From: a virus
Strand: one strand, 5' to 3'
IMG/VR virus record: IMGVR_UViG_3300004883_000001
Coordinates: 1 to 50,469 of that record
DNA length: 50,469 nt
Shown: positions 24,178-31,973 of the stretch, piece by piece
How the letters are laid out: each line of letters opens with the position of its first letter
Position numbering within the stretch: the first letter of the stretch is position 1
Made by a program: the position numbers and the translations under genes
The notes under the pieces: model-generated
What the model was told of the DNA's origin: nothing
The model's database searches: none
What the model saw: only the letters and a program-made list of their open reading frames with translations

Positions 24178-25293
24178 ATGTGCGGACACGTCGGAGTTGC
24201 AGGAGATTTAACTGCAGCAGCAGCAAGAGCCTTTAAGGATATGCTGTATATGGACGCCCTTAGGGGCCGTCACGGTACAGGTATATTTACAGTGCCTTTC
24301 CGAGGAGACAGGATGTTGAATGGCGGTAACATCGTCAAAGCCCCCTTCTCGGCTGAGGTGTGTCTTCAAAACAAAGCTTTTGAAAAGGCTGCCGAGGACC
24401 CCACCTCTGCGGTCATCATGGGACATAACCGTCACGCTACCATCGGCCAACACATCCAAGGGAACACCCACCCTTTCCGTCAAGGAGACATAGTCGGAGC
24501 ACATAACGGCACCGTATCCGCAGGTAACCGTACCTTAAAAGTCAAAGGCTCTTTTGGCACGGACTCTGAGAAAATCATGGCATCTATCAGTCAGTACGGT
24601 ATTCAAGATACTATCAAGGAAATGATTCCTTGCTCTCAAGGTGCTTGGGCGTTTGTCTGGTATGATTTTCATTCCAATGAGATTAACTTCCTTAGGAACG
24701 AGTACCGTCCTTTCTTCTACGGGTTTTCTAAAGACCGTGGTATTATGTACTGGGCCAGCGAAGCTCATATACTTCGTGCTGCTTGTGCTCGCCGCGGAGC
24801 TGACCTTGATAAGGTCTATGAGCTGCCTGTGGACACTCACTTGCGTTGGACTGTCCCTGGGGTAGGAGAGGTCTTCGGCAAGGAAACGCGGAGTAAGTGT
24901 GTCGGAAAAAAGCGGCCAGCTCTTCCAGCTTACAAAGGCAATACCAGCAGGGTTCGGAATACGGGGACTCGGAATGGGACGACCACTGGTTTTGGTGTGC
25001 GTATTCCCTCTGACTTCTCTGTGGAGCTGCAAGACTATACCTTATTCGACAACTCTGATGTAGTCGAGCTGTTCCAAACCAAGAAACAGTGTATTTGGTG
25101 TCACGAAGAGGTGACTGCTGCCGACATCAAAAACAAGGGAGGGGCTGCTGTTGTAGCCAGAAACAGTGTTGTGTGTGCTAAGCATGCTAAACTACCTATC
25201 TTCCAAGCCACTCTCAAGGCTCGTATATCCAACGAGATAGCGAGCAGTAAGAGTAAGAGTAAAACTGCAAAGAGCTGTTCCGCAGCTAACTGA
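24178..25293 (+). CDS. Class-II (Ntn, N-terminal Cys) glutamine amidotransferase-domain protein with a C-terminal Cys/His cluster
   Basis: 371 aa. It starts MCGHVGVAG (Cys2 nucleophile) and contains GHNRHATIG ... HPF ... GAHNGTV ... GTDSEKI. The C-terminus has CIWCHEE...VCAKH. AGGAG SD. Confidence 0.75.
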   Translation: MCGHVGVAGDLTAAAARAFKDMLYMDALRGRHGTGIFTVPFRGDRMLNGGNIVKAPFSAEVCLQNKAFEKAAEDPTSAVIMGHNRHATIGQHIQGNTHPFRQGDIVGAHNGTVSAGNRTLKVKGSFGTDSEKIMASISQYGIQDTIKEMIPCSQGAWAFVWYDFHSNEINFLRNEYRPFFYGFSKDRGIMYWASEAHILRAACARRGADLDKVYELPVDTHLRWTVPGVGEVFGKETRSKCVGKKRPALPAYKGNTSRVRNTGTRNGTTTGFGVRIPSDFSVELQDYTLFDNSDVVELFQTKKQCIWCHEEVTAADIKNKGGAAVVARNSVVCAKHAKLPIFQATLKARISNEIASSKSKSKTAKSCSAAN

Positions 25294-25331
25294 GACCAAC
25301 CACCCATCAGCAAACTAACAAGGAGTTCAAT

Positions 25332-26144
25332 ATGTCTGCTGCAATTCTTATCGGGTCTGACCCCGAAGTTTTCCTTCGAAACACTTCTACAGGTGCTTTC
25401 GCTAGTGCCCACGGTGTAATCCCTGGGTCCAAGGAAGAACCTTTCACGGTGCCTCTAGGTGCTGTCCAAGTGGACGGAATGGCTTGTGAGTTCAACACCG
25501 ACCCTGCGAAGACTCGGAAGGAGTTCATCGACAATGTCACGGGAGTGTTTAAAACGTTGGACGAGATGCTCCCTGATAATCTATCATTGGTTCCTGGGGT
25601 TCCTGTCGCACATTTCTCGGAAGAGGTGTTCGCTGCACAGCCTGCTGAGGCTCTGGAGCTTGGATGTGAGCCTGACTACGACGCCTACACAGGAAGCGAG
25701 AACCCTCGACCTAACGCCCACAACAAGCCTATGCGTACCGCTGCTGGTCACGTTCATATCGGCTTCAAGGATACCGAGGACCCTCTTGGTATGTTGCATA
25801 TGATGGAGTGTTGTGACTTGGTGAAGATGCTGGACGTCTTCCTCGGTTTATATAGCTTGACCTTCGACACTGACACTGAGCGTCGCTCTCTGTACGGTAA
25901 AGCTGGTGCCTTCCGCCCTAAACCTTATGGGGTCGAGTACCGCGTGCTGTCCAATGCATGGCTGGTCTCGGAGGAGCTGATTGGTGATGTCTACGACATA
26001 GCCACCCTCACAACGGAACTGTACCTTGAAGGTGCCCGTCTAGACCAGGACACGTATGACCGTGCCCGTATGGCTATCAACACCAGCAACGTTAAGGTCG
26101 GCGCTAAAATCCTCGCAGATGCGAAAAAGTTTTTTCAAATCTAA
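25332..26144 (+). CDS. COOH-NH2 ligase, phiEco32-like type 2 (glutamine-synthetase/GCS2-like fold)
   Basis: 270 aa with IGSDPEVFL ... VDGMACEFN ... AAGHVHIGF ... YGVEYRVLSNAW, the motif set I recall for the Pfam COOH-NH2_lig family. AAGGAG SD. Confidence 0.7.
   Translation: MSAAILIGSDPEVFLRNTSTGAFASAHGVIPGSKEEPFTVPLGAVQVDGMACEFNTDPAKTRKEFIDNVTGVFKTLDEMLPDNLSLVPGVPVAHFSEEVFAAQPAEALELGCEPDYDAYTGSENPRPNAHNKPMRTAAGHVHIGFKDTEDPLGMLHMMECCDLVKMLDVFLGLYSLTFDTDTERRSLYGKAGAFRPKPYGVEYRVLSNAWLVSEELIGDVYDIATLTTELYLEGARLDQDTYDRARMAINTSNVKVGAKILADAKKFFQI
25577..25587 (+). promoter_or_regulatory. 11-mer TAATCTATCAT, copy 10
   Basis: Exact match inside ORF 25332..26144, read as D-N-L-S-L. Confidence 0.55.
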
Positions 26145-26171
26145 TCTAACTTAACCCTCTAGGAGATTGAT

Positions 26172-26999
26172 ATGGCTTTAAAAGCTAAAGTCGTTAAGCT
26201 GCCTAAATCCAAGTCCCCTGACTTTGGGTCGACTAAAGACTGGTCGCTGCGATTACATCAAACCTTGGTCTGGTATAAGGACCAACCTTTCTATGTTCGG
26301 GATGTCAAAAGTAAAGACACTCCTAAGACGGCTGAGCTTAGACGGGCCTACCGAGCAGCGGTAGACACTTATCAAAATGCTGCTTCCGAAGCGGAACATA
26401 TTAAAGGCCGTGAGATTGCTCGACGTCTTGACCGTGAGCTGAAAGCTTACATGAAAAGTGCTAAAGCTTCTTCGGTTGCCAAAGGTCAGATATTCCCTTT
26501 GAAGGCGGACGGTAAGGAAGTTGACATAGGAAAAAATAACAGCTCTCACTCTGTAACCAGTTTAGACCTAAGGCTCCGACCTATGGGTTTTTATAACCGA
26601 AATCTGGAAGACAGTAGGATTGCTACTTATGTTTCACGTCTAGCTCGGCAGCAGAGCCGGCACGGGCTAAGCTCATCAAACACCCTTGCTAGCAGCGTAG
26701 GTAGGGGACGTTACGCGGACTTCCATCCTGCGGACAAGGAGTTTCTTACAAGTCTTTACGGGATTTACCCTTCTCTAGAAGAGTGTTTAGACACCCTCTT
26801 CCCAATGGAAGGGACTAACTCCATGGCATTCTGCAGGAAATACGCTATACAGGTCGATGCTGTGGGCCACGTCGTCCTTTTCTACCGAACCAAAATGGTG
26901 GGCATGTCAAGCGACGAAGGTAAGACCTTCAAGCTTCTCGGGCGTCACACCTACCTTAAAGAAGACCTCACAGATACAGGAGTTACCATTGACTCGTAA
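26172..26999 (+). CDS. Hypothetical protein embedded in the amidoligase operon
   Basis: 275 aa with an AGGAG SD. No motif recognised. It is preceded by the degenerate 11-mer TAATCTAACTT (26142). Confidence 0.7.
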   Translation: MALKAKVVKLPKSKSPDFGSTKDWSLRLHQTLVWYKDQPFYVRDVKSKDTPKTAELRRAYRAAVDTYQNAASEAEHIKGREIARRLDRELKAYMKSAKASSVAKGQIFPLKADGKEVDIGKNNSSHSVTSLDLRLRPMGFYNRNLEDSRIATYVSRLARQQSRHGLSSSNTLASSVGRGRYADFHPADKEFLTSLYGIYPSLEECLDTLFPMEGTNSMAFCRKYAIQVDAVGHVVLFYRTKMVGMSSDEGKTFKLLGRHTYLKEDLTDTGVTIDS

Positions 27000-27048
27000 T
27001 AGTAAAAACCCTCTAAACTCAGCGGAGAAGCTGGTAGCTGCAAACCCT

Positions 27049-28059
27049 ATGAAGACCACTGTACGGGAGTATTTTGGACCTTTCAGGAGTGAGACGGACG
27101 GTCGTCGTATCGGTATTGAAGTCGAGGTGGAAACCGCTAATGACCATTACCCCAACGCTGGACGTGTTAACGATACCTCTAAATACTGGCTCGCCACTAT
27201 TGACGGGTCTCTTCGCAACGCTAAGGGGACTGGTGCAGGTGGACAGGAGTACATCATCAAAAACTCTATCCCTTTTGGAGAGGCCGAACCAGCGTTAAAG
27301 GAATTGGAAACCCTTTTGAAAGGAGCTAGGTCTAAGGTCCGTAAATCTAACCGAACCTCTGTCCACGTCCATGTTAACGTACAGGACATGACCCTTACCG
27401 AGCTGATGACTTTCTTCTGTCTCTACTATACGGTGGAGCCTATCCTATGTCGTTACAACGGGTTTGAACGGGAGAACAATCTGTTCGCTTTACAGGCCAT
27501 CACCTCCGAGACTATCTTAGCTAATCTATCATATTTCCTTCGAAACCGACGTTTCAGCAACAAGACGAAATACTCTGCATTGAATTTTATGACCTTGGGT
27601 ACCGGTTCCCTCGGTACTGTCGAGTTCCGTGCAGGAGCTGGAATCGAGAAGAGCCCTATGGAGGTTCTACCTTGGATTGCGCTTATAGAGTCCTTGTTCG
27701 ACTCTTTAGGGGCGTTCAAAAAACCTGAGGACGTCCTTTACGCTATCTCTGAACGCGGCCCTCTTCGTTTCCTTCAAAAGTACGTACCCTACATTTTCGA
27801 GGTAGGGACTAAAGTGTTTGAATTGGACGAGCTAGACCACTTGATTATGCAGTCCACTCGTAACGCTCAAGGCTTGGCCTACGAGATTGATTGGGGCGAC
27901 TACAAACCTACCAAAAAGAAGGCTGGTAGTAAAACTTCTTTAACACCAGTTTACGGCGCTAGAGCCAATGCCGCCCCACCGCCACAGCCACGGCCGAGGA
28001 CCGTCGCTGCCCCTCATCTAGGCGTAGCTGCCGAACTCGCTGAATTTGACTGGGACTAA
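27049..28059 (+). CDS. Amidoligase (Amidoligase_2-type, GS-like fold)
   Basis: Track ORF 26857..28059; ATG 27049 is the first start after the upstream stop. Motifs: RRIGIEVEVE ... TIDGSL ... TSVHVHVNV ... GTVEFRAGAG. The C-terminus is Pro/Ala-rich. Confidence 0.7.
   Translation: MKTTVREYFGPFRSETDGRRIGIEVEVETANDHYPNAGRVNDTSKYWLATIDGSLRNAKGTGAGGQEYIIKNSIPFGEAEPALKELETLLKGARSKVRKSNRTSVHVHVNVQDMTLTELMTFFCLYYTVEPILCRYNGFERENNLFALQAITSETILANLSYFLRNRRFSNKTKYSALNFMTLGTGSLGTVEFRAGAGIEKSPMEVLPWIALIESLFDSLGAFKKPEDVLYAISERGPLRFLQKYVPYIFEVGTKVFELDELDHLIMQSTRNAQGLAYEIDWGDYKPTKKKAGSKTSLTPVYGARANAAPPPQPRPRTVAAPHLGVAAELAEFDWD
27522..27532 (+). promoter_or_regulatory. 11-mer TAATCTATCAT, copy 11
   Basis: Exact match inside ORF 27049..28059, read as A-N-L-S-Y. 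Confidence 0.55.
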
Positions 28060-28096
28060 ACTTTTAACACCACTTTGACATTATAAGGAGAACCAC

Positions 28097-29224
28097 ATGT
28101 CAACCAAAAAGAAACGCACAACAATTTTCGTGCACCCTTACAACGGAGCTTCGGAGGGTGCTAAAACCCTTACCGCAGCCTTAGGAGGGAAACGTATCCT
28201 CACTGGAGGACGCTCAGCGTTCAAATATTCTAAGGGCAAGACTGTCATCAACTGGGGGTCGTCGGAGTATCACGTAGGCAAGGACGTCCCTATGCTCAAC
28301 CCGCCTGCTGCGGTAGCTAAAGCTTCTAACAAGCTGACATTCTTTCAGTCTTTGAAGGGCAGCAGCACACGCATCGTACCGTTCACAACAGACGTGGAAG
28401 AGGTGCAGGAATGGTTGAACGCGGGCTCTGTTGTGTGTGCCCGAACTAAATTAACTGGACATTCTGGCGAAGGTTTGGTGATTTTAGGTGATAAAGAGGT
28501 TGACATTGCCTCTGCGAAGCTGTATACTAAGTACGTGAAGAAAGCTCGTGAGTATCGAGTCCACGTAGTTGACGGTAAAGTCATCCGTGTTCAGAAGAAG
28601 ATTCTTCGGCCCGAGCTGACTGAACGTATCCGAGACCCTAAGGATGAGTTCTCTAAGGATGACGTCAACTGGGAAGTCCGTAACCACGGCAACGGTTTCG
28701 TATACGTCACTGACGGAGTCGAAGAAGATTGTCCTAAAGACGTTCTATCACAGGCTCGTTCTGCTATATGCCGTACAGGTCTTGACTTCGGAGCTGTGGA
28801 CGTAATCTGGAGCAACAAGAAGCAGCAAGCTTTTGTTCTTGAGATTAATTGTGCCCCTGGCCTCGAAGGAGGCACTACTACTGCCTATGTAGATGCTTTC
28901 CAAGCCCTCATTGCGAACGGCGTCCCTACTAAAAAAAAGACCTTAAAGGTTGAAAAACGTCCCTGGGATACGGTTAACATAGTCAACGTGGAGCTGTGGG
29001 GGGGCAGAGCATGCCTACGAGCTGTCATAGACCATGCCAGAGGGGTCAGAAACGACACCGACTGGTGTAATTGGTCAGAGACAGGGGAAGCTATGTTCCC
29101 TTACAGCGAGGACGACGCTACAAGATTAGAAGCCGACTTAGAAGAGGCTATGGGAAATCCGCCTTCTAAATGGGTTCAGATGTTGGCTCAAGATGTCTGC
29201 GAATACCAAGGCATCAACTACTAA
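28097..29224 (+). CDS. ATP-grasp ligase
   Basis: 375 aa with KLYTKYVKKAREYRVHVVDGKVIRVQKK ... GAVDVIW ... FVLEINCAPGLEG (E-x-N metal site). AAGGAG SD. Confidence 0.8.
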   Translation: MSTKKKRTTIFVHPYNGASEGAKTLTAALGGKRILTGGRSAFKYSKGKTVINWGSSEYHVGKDVPMLNPPAAVAKASNKLTFFQSLKGSSTRIVPFTTDVEEVQEWLNAGSVVCARTKLTGHSGEGLVILGDKEVDIASAKLYTKYVKKAREYRVHVVDGKVIRVQKKILRPELTERIRDPKDEFSKDDVNWEVRNHGNGFVYVTDGVEEDCPKDVLSQARSAICRTGLDFGAVDVIWSNKKQQAFVLEINCAPGLEGGTTTAYVDAFQALIANGVPTKKKTLKVEKRPWDTVNIVNVELWGGRACLRAVIDHARGVRNDTDWCNWSETGEAMFPYSEDDATRLEADLEEAMGNPPSKWVQMLAQDVCEYQGINY

Positions 29225-29230
29225 GAATAT

Positions 29231-29318
29231 GTGCGAGTATGCAAGTGGTTAAAGCACGCAGTCTGTAAAACTGCTCTCGTATTGGGGTACGCTGGTTCGA
29301 ATCCAGCCTCGCACACCA
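29231..29318 (+). tRNA. tRNA-Tyr (anticodon GTA), class II with long variable arm, CCA encoded
   Basis: Acceptor GTGCGAG/CTCGCAC; 3-bp D stem TGC/GCA; anticodon stem GCAGT/ACTGC with loop CTGTAAA; variable arm TCTCGTATTGGGGTAC; T arm GCTGG-TTCGAAT-CCAGC; discriminator A followed by CCA. Confidence 0.9.
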
Positions 29319-29332
29319 ATAACATACCTTGC

Positions 29333-29369
29333 ACAGGGGTGGTACAATCTATCATCCCTGTGTCTTTTT
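29333..29369 (+). terminator. Hairpin plus T-tract after the tRNA (possible intrinsic terminator) carrying 11-mer copy 12 in its loop
   Basis: CACAGGG (29333-39) pairs with CCCTGTG (29356-62), with a 16-nt loop, then TCTTTTT. Confidence 0.4.
29345..29355 (+). promoter_or_regulatory. 11-mer variant CAATCTATCAT, copy 12
   Basis: 10/11 match (AATCTATCAT is exact), 41 nt upstream of ATG 29396. Confidence 0.55.
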
Positions 29370-29395
29370 CAACTATAATAATAAGGAGGACATGG

Positions 29396-29593
29396 ATGCG
29401 TTGCCATATTTGCGACCGTAACATAGCCCACCCCTCAAAACACCCTATTTCAGGTGAGTACGAACCCTGCAATGTTTGCTTGGAAGCTGCTCTACCTAAC
29501 GCCCACTTTCTCGATACTGAGATGGGCAACCTTTTAACCGATGAAGACTTGTCGACGCTCGAAGAATTCGAGGTATCTCCCGTTGACGATTAA
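29396..29593 (+). CDS. 65-aa zinc-ribbon protein with an acidic tail
   Basis: AAGGAGG SD. MRCHICDR...EPCNVCLE has a CxxC-N17-CxxC arrangement. The track ORF 29231..29593 begins inside the tRNA, so the internal ATG is preferred. Confidence 0.6.
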   Translation: MRCHICDRNIAHPSKHPISGEYEPCNVCLEAALPNAHFLDTEMGNLLTDEDLSTLEEFEVSPVDD

Positions 29594-31292
29594 AATCGGT
29601 AAAGGCCCCTGTGGGTCCTGCGGGAGCAGCGATGCCAAGATGACCTATGAAGATGGGCATACGCATTGTTTCTCCTGTGGGGCCCATACAGGTCCTATTA
29701 ATACCACTGGCGATAAGCTCCGCCCAACCTATAATCAAGAAGAAGAAGAGAGCCCTATTACTCCAAACCCCTTACCACCCATCCCTAGTGCATCTGACTA
29801 CGTAGCACTAAAGGACCGAGGCATATCCGCTGAGACTGCTAAAGTCTACGGCGTCACCAACAACTTAGGGGAAGGTATGACAAAACATATCTACCCTTAC
29901 TTCGACTCGCATGGGACCTACGTTGCAGCGAAGTTACGAAGCCACACGAAGAAATTCAAGTGGGCAGGAAATACCAAGACTGCGGCCTTATTCGGTCAGT
30001 CTAATTTCCCGCCTAACTCTGCTAAGCAAATCACCATTACGGAGGGTGAGTGTGACGCTATGGCAGCCTATCAGATGCAGGGCAGTAAATACCCTGTAGT
30101 GTCTGTACACAGTGCCAGCTCTGCTGTTAAAAACTGTGCTGAGAACTTCAAGTATTTGGACTCCTTCGAGACCATCGTCATCTGTTTCGATGCTGATGAA
30201 GGTAAGTTCAACCCCATGACAGGTCAAACTGGGTATCCTGGGCAGGAAGCCGCTGATGCGGTAGCACGTCTTTTCGCCATTGGAAAAGTACGTGTGGTCA
30301 CCTTAAATAAACATAAAGACGCCAATGATTATCTCTTAGAGGGAGATGGCGGTGCCTTTATGCAGGAGTGGTGGAATGCCCCAACCTTTACCCCTACTGG
30401 TCTCGTAGCTGCCAAGGACATGTGGGACAAAATCAAGGAACCTAAGAGACACGATTCAATCGCGTATCCGTGGTCTGTCCTACAAACTCTCACCTACGGT
30501 ATCCGTCTATCGGAGATGGTAACCGTTACAGCGGAGACAGGTATTGGTAAGACTACTATCCTCAAAGAGGTTCAGCATCATATCCTCTCTACTGTGGAAG
30601 ATGCAGGGGTGGGTATACTCCATCTCGAAGAGCCTAATGACGATACCGCCTTAGGTCTTATGTCCATTACTGCCAACAAACCTCTACATCTGCCAGATGT
30701 CCGAGAGGAGGTAGAGACAGAGGAGCTGCGGGAGTACTTCGACCAGACGTTGAACAACGACCGAGTAATCATGTTCGACCACTTTGGCTCTAACTCAATT
30801 GACATCATTATCTCTGCGATTCGCTATATGGTCAACATGGGATGTAAGTACATCTTCCTAGACCATCTCAGCATCCTTGTAAGTGACCAGAGTGGCGATG
30901 AACGTAAACAACTGGACGAGGCTGCCACAAAGCTTAAAACCCTATGTATGGAGCTTAACGTCGCCCTCATCTGTGTTATCCATCAGAACAGAAATGGACA
31001 AATCCGAGGCACCGCTGGTGTGGAGCAGCTCAGTAACATCGTTATTAAGATGAACCGCGACAAGAAAGCCAAGGACCCATTTGTGCGTAACGTCACTACC
31101 ATTGAGGTGGAGAAGAACCGCTTCTGTGGGCGGACAGGGCCTGCTGGCTTCCTCTTCTACGAGAATGAGACAGGGCGGCTTAGAGAATTAGACGACCACG
31201 AGACTCAACGCTTTCAGGAGGGTGTCGCCCCTGAGGGTTTCGTGTTCGAGAACGACAAACCAAAAGAAGAAGGATGGGACGATGAGCCTTAA
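29541..31292 (+). CDS. Bifunctional primase-helicase (T7 gp4-like)
   Basis: Zn finger CGSCGSS...HCFSCG; TOPRIM ITITEGECDAMAAYQ and FDADEGK; helicase Walker A TAETGIGKTT and Walker B IFLDHL. In-frame TTG 29583 with GAGGT upstream is an alternative start. Confidence 0.9.
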   Translation: MKTCRRSKNSRYLPLTIKIGKGPCGSCGSSDAKMTYEDGHTHCFSCGAHTGPINTTGDKLRPTYNQEEEESPITPNPLPPIPSASDYVALKDRGISAETAKVYGVTNNLGEGMTKHIYPYFDSHGTYVAAKLRSHTKKFKWAGNTKTAALFGQSNFPPNSAKQITITEGECDAMAAYQMQGSKYPVVSVHSASSAVKNCAENFKYLDSFETIVICFDADEGKFNPMTGQTGYPGQEAADAVARLFAIGKVRVVTLNKHKDANDYLLEGDGGAFMQEWWNAPTFTPTGLVAAKDMWDKIKEPKRHDSIAYPWSVLQTLTYGIRLSEMVTVTAETGIGKTTILKEVQHHILSTVEDAGVGILHLEEPNDDTALGLMSITANKPLHLPDVREEVETEELREYFDQTLNNDRVIMFDHFGSNSIDIIISAIRYMVNMGCKYIFLDHLSILVSDQSGDERKQLDEAATKLKTLCMELNVALICVIHQNRNGQIRGTAGVEQLSNIVIKMNRDKKAKDPFVRNVTTIEVEKNRFCGRTGPAGFLFYENETGRLRELDDHETQRFQEGVAPEGFVFENDKPKEEGWDDEP

Positions 31293-31336
31293 TTTTCTTA
31301 CGTACGAACAGGCAGTAGAGACTTCGTGTCTCGCCC

Positions 31337-31774
31337 ATGTTGACTGAACTACTGCTCCTGCTACAAACTGAACACACGTGTCTCTCCAAGACTATTTTTG
31401 GGGAGGCCCGTTCGGAGCCAATAGTATCTCAACTGGACGTAGCACTGACAGTGTTGAATAGGGTCAACAGCCCGCTGTTCCCCGACACTATCTGTGGGGT
31501 AACAAACCAGCCCTACCAGTACACGTCCCGTAATGAGTTCGACACCAACTACTGGTTCACCGAGAGAGTGTTTGTCGGCTTCGAGACGACCCTTGGTGAG
31601 AGGAAAGCTAAGGAGAAGTCCCAAATCCTAGCCACCTTTGCTATGGAGAACTATAAGGAGCTTACCAATCCTATAATCTATCATTATCACGCGGCTGGTC
31701 ACAACCCTGTATGGGCTAGTGAGCTGACCTATTCCCACACTAGCGGGACCCACCTATTTTATACAGGATATTAA
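31337..31774 (+). CDS. SleB-type cell-wall hydrolase domain protein
   Basis: 145 aa. TIFGEARSEPIVSQLDVALTVLNRVNSPLFPDTICGVTNQPYQYTS fits the Hydrolase_2 (SleB) core. Confidence 0.7.
   Translation: MLTELLLLLQTEHTCLSKTIFGEARSEPIVSQLDVALTVLNRVNSPLFPDTICGVTNQPYQYTSRNEFDTNYWFTERVFVGFETTLGERKAKEKSQILATFAMENYKELTNPIIYHYHAAGHNPVWASELTYSHTSGTHLFYTGY
31674..31684 (+). promoter_or_regulatory. 11-mer TAATCTATCAT, copy 13
   Basis: Exact match inside ORF 31337..31774, read as I-I-Y-H-Y. It lies 92 nt upstream of ATG 31776 and is the last copy on the arm. Confidence 0.55.
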
Positions 31775-31775
31775 C

Positions 31776-31973
31776 ATGCCCCCATTAAAGCAGTATTGGT
31801 ATGAAATAAACCTCAACTCAGACGCTGACTCTTCGTCAGGGTGGTATGAATGTAGAGCTATATCTATCGTTCACGTAGTACGTGAGATTTCAGACCTGTA
31901 CAGGGCGGCGTACGGGAAAGAGATACAGTCGATAACAGTTGAACGCGAACCTACTAAGGAAAAATGTACTTAA
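31776..31973 (+). CDS. Hypothetical protein
   Basis: 65 aa, starting 2 nt after the upstream stop and overlapping the polymerase start by 10 nt. Confidence 0.55.
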   Translation: MPPLKQYWYEINLNSDADSSSGWYECRAISIVHVVREISDLYRAAYGKEIQSITVEREPTKEKCT

